Below, piece after piece: positions 21,005 through 24,000 of a DNA stretch of 24,000 nucleotides; within the stretch, counting starts at the first letter, position 1; the number at the start of each line of letters is the position of its first letter. The DNA lies in the NCBI GenBank assembly GCA_963769885.1, contig CAVYNH010000006.1, forward strand, positions 502,632 to 526,631. The letters run 5' to 3'. Below the pieces are notes generated by a model that worked only from the letters and a program-made list of their open reading frames with translations, was not told the origin of the DNA and did not search any database. The position numbers and the translations under genes are program-made. This DNA comes from Methanobacteriota archaeon. GTDB lineage: Archaea; Thermoplasmatota; E2; DHVEG-1.

Positions 21005-22027
21005 ATGCCTGATCAAACCCCGACCGAGACCCAACCTCGGTATCACAACCGCATCCTCAATTTCATAGCCACCTGGCGGTCCTTCCCTGCCTATGAGATG
21101 CTCAGCTACCTCTTCATGTACGCAGGCGCGGTCATGTTCGCCTACGGCATCCATCGCTACACCCCCCAGACCTACCTCATCCTTATCCTAGCAATGGCGA
21201 CGATGTACGCCGGATTCTTCGCCGCCGTCATCTGGAACGACATCACGGACCAGGACATCGACGCGGTCGTCCACCCGAACCGACCCATTCCTGGGAGCCG
21301 GATCTCACCGCGGCGGTTCTTCGCCATCGCCCTGGTATTCTCCGCCATGACGTTCCTGTTCGCCCTCCTCGTCAGCCCCTGGTGCTTCATCCTCGTGGGG
21401 ACCGCCGCGCTCTTCGTCGCCGTCCACAACAAGTATCTGAAAAAAATAGTGAAATTTCCTGCTTACTCCGAGATTTTCACCCCGGTGCAATGGATCGTCG
21501 TCCCCTTATTCGGCTTCTTCGCCGTCTGGTCCGCGCTCCCAACTTGTGTGGATTTCACGATCACCGCGCCCCTGCTCGGCTCGTTGTCGATCGCGCGGGC
21601 GGACCTGCTGCCCATGGCCCTACTCGTGTTGTTTACCTATTTCACGGACGATGCCCATGACCTCGCGGAAGGCATCCATGATGCCGACGGCGACCGCCGG
21701 ACCGGCGTGCGGACCTACGCGACCTCGTTCGGGCCACGGGTTGCGGCAGCCGTCTCGTTTTCCATGTTCCTCCTCTCCGGCATCCTCGGAATCCTCCTCT
21801 ATCTCTACTCACTCCTCACCTTGGTTTTCCTTCTCCCATTCCTCGCCTTCTGGGGATACACGCTCTTCTTCTCTATCCAGTTGCTGCGGGAAAAAGATCC
21901 ACAGCAACAAAAAGACATCGGGACAATCGTCGGCAGAAAAGGCTACAACCTTCTGTTGGTATCCTACGTGCTCATCTTCGTCGACGTCCTCATCCAGCTT
22001 CTGCTTAGCACGCCGAGAGGCTGCTAA
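21005..22027 (+). CDS. UbiA-superfamily prenyltransferase
   Basis: First Asp-rich motif is NDITDQDIDAVVHPNRPIPGSRIS and second is DDAHDLAEGIHDADGDRRTGVRT. About 8-9 hydrophobic helices. Confidence 0.85.
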   Translation: MPDQTPTETQPRYHNRILNFIATWRSFPAYEMLSYLFMYAGAVMFAYGIHRYTPQTYLILILAMATMYAGFFAAVIWNDITDQDIDAVVHPNRPIPGSRISPRRFFAIALVFSAMTFLFALLVSPWCFILVGTAALFVAVHNKYLKKIVKFPAYSEIFTPVQWIVVPLFGFFAVWSALPTCVDFTITAPLLGSLSIARADLLPMALLVLFTYFTDDAHDLAEGIHDADGDRRTGVRTYATSFGPRVAAAVSFSMFLLSGILGILLYLYSLLTLVFLLPFLAFWGYTLFFSIQLLREKDPQQQKDIGTIVGRKGYNLLLVSYVLIFVDVLIQLLLSTPRGC

Positions 22028-22950
22028 ACAGTTGGGGCGAGGAGCTTGAGAAGGAGCGCCAGCTGCGCCCACAGCCGGTTCTCCGCCTCGTCGATGATAA
22101 CGGACTGCGGGCCATGGGCCACGTCCTTGGTGACCTCTTCGCCGTAATAAATGGGCATGCAGTGCATGAAGATGGCGTCGGGCTTCGCCTTGCTCATCAC
22201 CTCGGCGGTGACCGTATAGTCTTTGAGGTCCGCGAGGCGTTTCTTGCGATCCTGTTCGTACCAAAACGAGACCCAGGTGTCAGTCGCCACGACATCGGAT
22301 GAGGCGACGGCATCGAGATCCGAGGTCACGGTAATGGTATGGTGCTTCGCTGCCGCGATCTCTTTCGCCTTCTGCACGTAAGAGTCGGCAGGCCAATAGG
22401 CCTTCGGGGCGATCACGGTCACGTCCATGCCCGTCAAGGCACAGCCGAGGAGGTAGGAATGCGTGAGATTATCATCGCCGTCGCCGATGAAGGTGAAGTG
22501 AAGGCCCTCCAACCGGCCTTTTTTCTCCTTGATGGTCATGAGGTCCGCGAGGATCTGGCAAGGATGCTCGTACCGGTCCAGACCGTTGATGACGGGGACG
22601 GTCGCAGCCGCCGCGAGCCCTTGGAGCCTCTTTTCATCGATCGCCCGGTACATGATGGCGTCCACGTAGCGGGACATGACCAAGGCGACATCCTCGGGCG
22701 TCTCCCGGGTGCCGATGCCGATTTCGTCCTTTGAGAGAAAGATTGCATGGCCACCGAGCATCGTCATGCCGACTTCGAAGGAGATCCGGGTGCGGGTCGA
22801 GGCCCGCTCGAAGATCATGGCAAGGGTCTTCCCCTGGAGGTACGGGGTGTGCTTCCCGGCTTTCTTCACCTGTTTTAGGCGGATGCCGAGGTCGATGATG
22901 CTGGTGATCTCGTCTTTCACATCGAGGATTGAAAGCACGTTTTTCTTCAT
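22024..22950 (-). CDS. argF: Ornithine carbamoyltransferase-like transcarbamylase (non-canonical second-substrate motifs)
   Basis: From MKKNVLSILD...: STRTR, HPCQILADL and AENR are conserved. The expected DxxxSMG reads DTWVSFW, and HCLP reads HCMP. The tracked 326-aa ORF has an 18-codon extension running through the TATA-like box, so I start at the ATG at 22950. Confidence 0.75.
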   Translation of the reverse strand: MKKNVLSILDVKDEITSIIDLGIRLKQVKKAGKHTPYLQGKTLAMIFERASTRTRISFEVGMTMLGGHAIFLSKDEIGIGTRETPEDVALVMSRYVDAIMYRAIDEKRLQGLAAAATVPVINGLDRYEHPCQILADLMTIKEKKGRLEGLHFTFIGDGDDNLTHSYLLGCALTGMDVTVIAPKAYWPADSYVQKAKEIAAAKHHTITVTSDLDAVASSDVVATDTWVSFWYEQDRKKRLADLKDYTVTAEVMSKAKPDAIFMHCMPIYYGEEVTKDVAHGPQSVIIDEAENRLWAQLALLLKLLAPTV

Positions 22951-22980
22951 GGAAGCAGGCTCCTTGTGAAATCCCCCTCC

Positions 22981-22992
22981 GTATATTAAGAT
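22981..22992 (-). promoter_or_regulatory. TATA-like box for the transcarbamylase gene
   Basis: Minus strand atcttaatatac is centred about 36 nt upstream of the ATG at 22950. Confidence 0.4.
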
Positions 22993-23017
22993 TGTGAAGA
23001 CCACCGAATCCAGAGCC

Positions 23018-24000
23018 TTATGGGAGGACGGTCTCCCTCGGGATCGAACTCGGATTAATTGCGGTATGCTGCCTGGAGAACCGGGGAGGGATGAGCTGCA
23101 GGGTCGTCGAGGTCTTCCTCTTCTTCGGATGCGACTCGACCTCCATCGTCAGCCCGAGGCCTTTGGGGGGTTTGAGGAAGGTGAAGCGGACGGCGCTGTG
23201 CCCATGCCGGGGTGCCTCGCGTAGGGGCTCGTTCTTGCACAGGCCCGTGAGAGGGACCGCATGGTCGCGGTCGGTGAAGGTGCCCTCGATTCTGCCGGGG
23301 AGTTCGCAGAGGACGTAGGCGGTGAAGAACTTCTTTCGTCTGGGGAGGTCGATGTATTCGTAGGATTCGCAGGTGGAGGTGAAGCGGAGGCGGAGGGTCT
23401 TGTCGTCGAGCCTGCCGAAGAGTTCGAGGTCGCTGGGGTAGTAGACGTCGTGGTCTTTGATGTAGCGGACCTTGTTGTATTTGAAGTGGAGGTCGCAGAA
23501 TTCGAGGTAGTGTCTGCCGTCGGCGGTGAGGTAGAGGGGGCCGAAGCAGGGGCCCTGGGTGAGCCAGAGGAGGGTGTTGCCGAAGAAGAAGCTCCAGTCG
23601 TTGTCGAAGACGCCCCAGAGCCAGTCGAAGCTCATCGGGTTGTTGTCGGTGGCGAAGCCGATCTTGGTGGGGAGATGGTGGTGGTGTTGGGAGAGCCACC
23701 AGTAGCCGAGGCGCAGGTAGGTGCCTAGGGTTTTGGGGACGCCGCTGACGGCCTGTAGCGGGTTTTCGTAGGACCAGTTGCCGTAGGCGTGCTCGAAGTA
23801 GCCTTTGCCGGTGAGAGTACGAGTCATCCCTTGGTGGGTCATGGTGCCGGTGAGGGTGAGGTGGGGGATGAAGCCGTAGCGGTAGTGGTTCAGGCCAGCG
23901 GGGATGTAGCCGTTGGTGGTTTCCTGGGTGATCCAGTGGGGCAGCGCGCGGGCATCCAGGGTGATGTCAGCGGAAAAGGCGGCGTCCGGGTCGTGGAGGC
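23018..24000 (-). CDS. Hypothetical Trp/aromatic-rich protein, 5' end outside window (possibly AttH/CrtC-type hydratase-like fold; weak)
   Basis: The frame stays open from 23018 to the window edge. The region upstream of the tracked Met reads ...LHDPDAAFSADITLDARALPHWITQETTNGYIPAGLNHYRYGFIPHLTLTGTM.... GKGYFEHAYGNW and FDWLWGVFDNDWSFFFG loosely recall G.G.hdh.WG / WdW motifs of AttH/CrtC or tocopherol-cyclase-like beta proteins. This is a low-confidence functional guess. Confidence 0.55.
   Translation of the reverse strand, partial: LHDPDAAFSADITLDARALPHWITQETTNGYIPAGLNHYRYGFIPHLTLTGTMTHQGMTRTLTGKGYFEHAYGNWSYENPLQAVSGVPKTLGTYLRLGYWWLSQHHHHLPTKIGFATDNNPMSFDWLWGVFDNDWSFFFGNTLLWLTQGPCFGPLYLTADGRHYLEFCDLHFKYNKVRYIKDHDVYYPSDLELFGRLDDKTLRLRFTSTCESYEYIDLPRRKKFFTAYVLCELPGRIEGTFTDRDHAVPLTGLCKNEPLREAPRHGHSAVRFTFLKPPKGLGLTMEVESHPKKRKTSTTLQLIPPRFSRQHTAINPSSIPRETVLP

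Noticed and set aside
1-24000. CRISPR arrays, transposases or IS elements, prophage genes, toxin-antitoxin or other known defence modules, and rRNA genes.
   Set aside because: I scanned the ORF translations and intergenic regions. There are no regularly spaced repeats, no DDE, integrase or Cas-like sequences, and no rRNA-like stretches.

Overview
GC-rich archaeal (euryarchaeal-type) chromosomal segment, densely coded on both strands, with TATA-like AT boxes about 25-45 nt upstream of many starts.

- Left part, about 6.4 kb: a surface-glycan / N-glycosylation sugar cluster. It holds a GalU-like fragment, a WbpB/WbpD/WbpE-like oxidoreductase-acetyltransferase-aminotransferase operon, a sequon-rich secreted protein, a GT2 glycosyltransferase and a Wzx-type flippase.
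- Middle: housekeeping and membrane genes. These are DUF62 SAM hydroxide adenosyltransferase, DUF357 plus flavin reductase, a wHTH regulator overlapping an HAE3/MMPL RND transporter, rpiA and kptA.
- RNA-rich stretch, 14.0-15.0 kb: tRNA-Lys(CUU), a broken tandem zinc-ribbon gene, a 32-codon eL41 gene absent from the ORF track, and an intron-containing tRNA-Trp(CCA). The 66-nt tRNA-Trp intron is a box C/D guide RNA that places C34 of its own anticodon at the methylation position.
- Right part: a DUF5678-like plus retropepsin-like protease pair, UPF0104 flippase-like and DedA membrane proteins, tRNA-Pro(GGG), and an Ig-like surface protein. It also holds a SemiSWEET / methyltransferase-like / UbiA prenyltransferase trio, an ornithine-carbamoyltransferase-like gene with altered substrate motifs, and a partial gene running off the 3' edge.

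At least four single-base frame disruptions interrupt otherwise well-conserved genes. Three are at homopolymer runs, so this is either assembly indel error or gene decay.

I saw no CRISPR array, transposase, integrase or recognisable defence system, and I cannot point to a clear-cut novel multi-gene system. The best candidates for follow-up are listed as findings. All calls rest on reading the translations and the DNA by eye; no searches were run.
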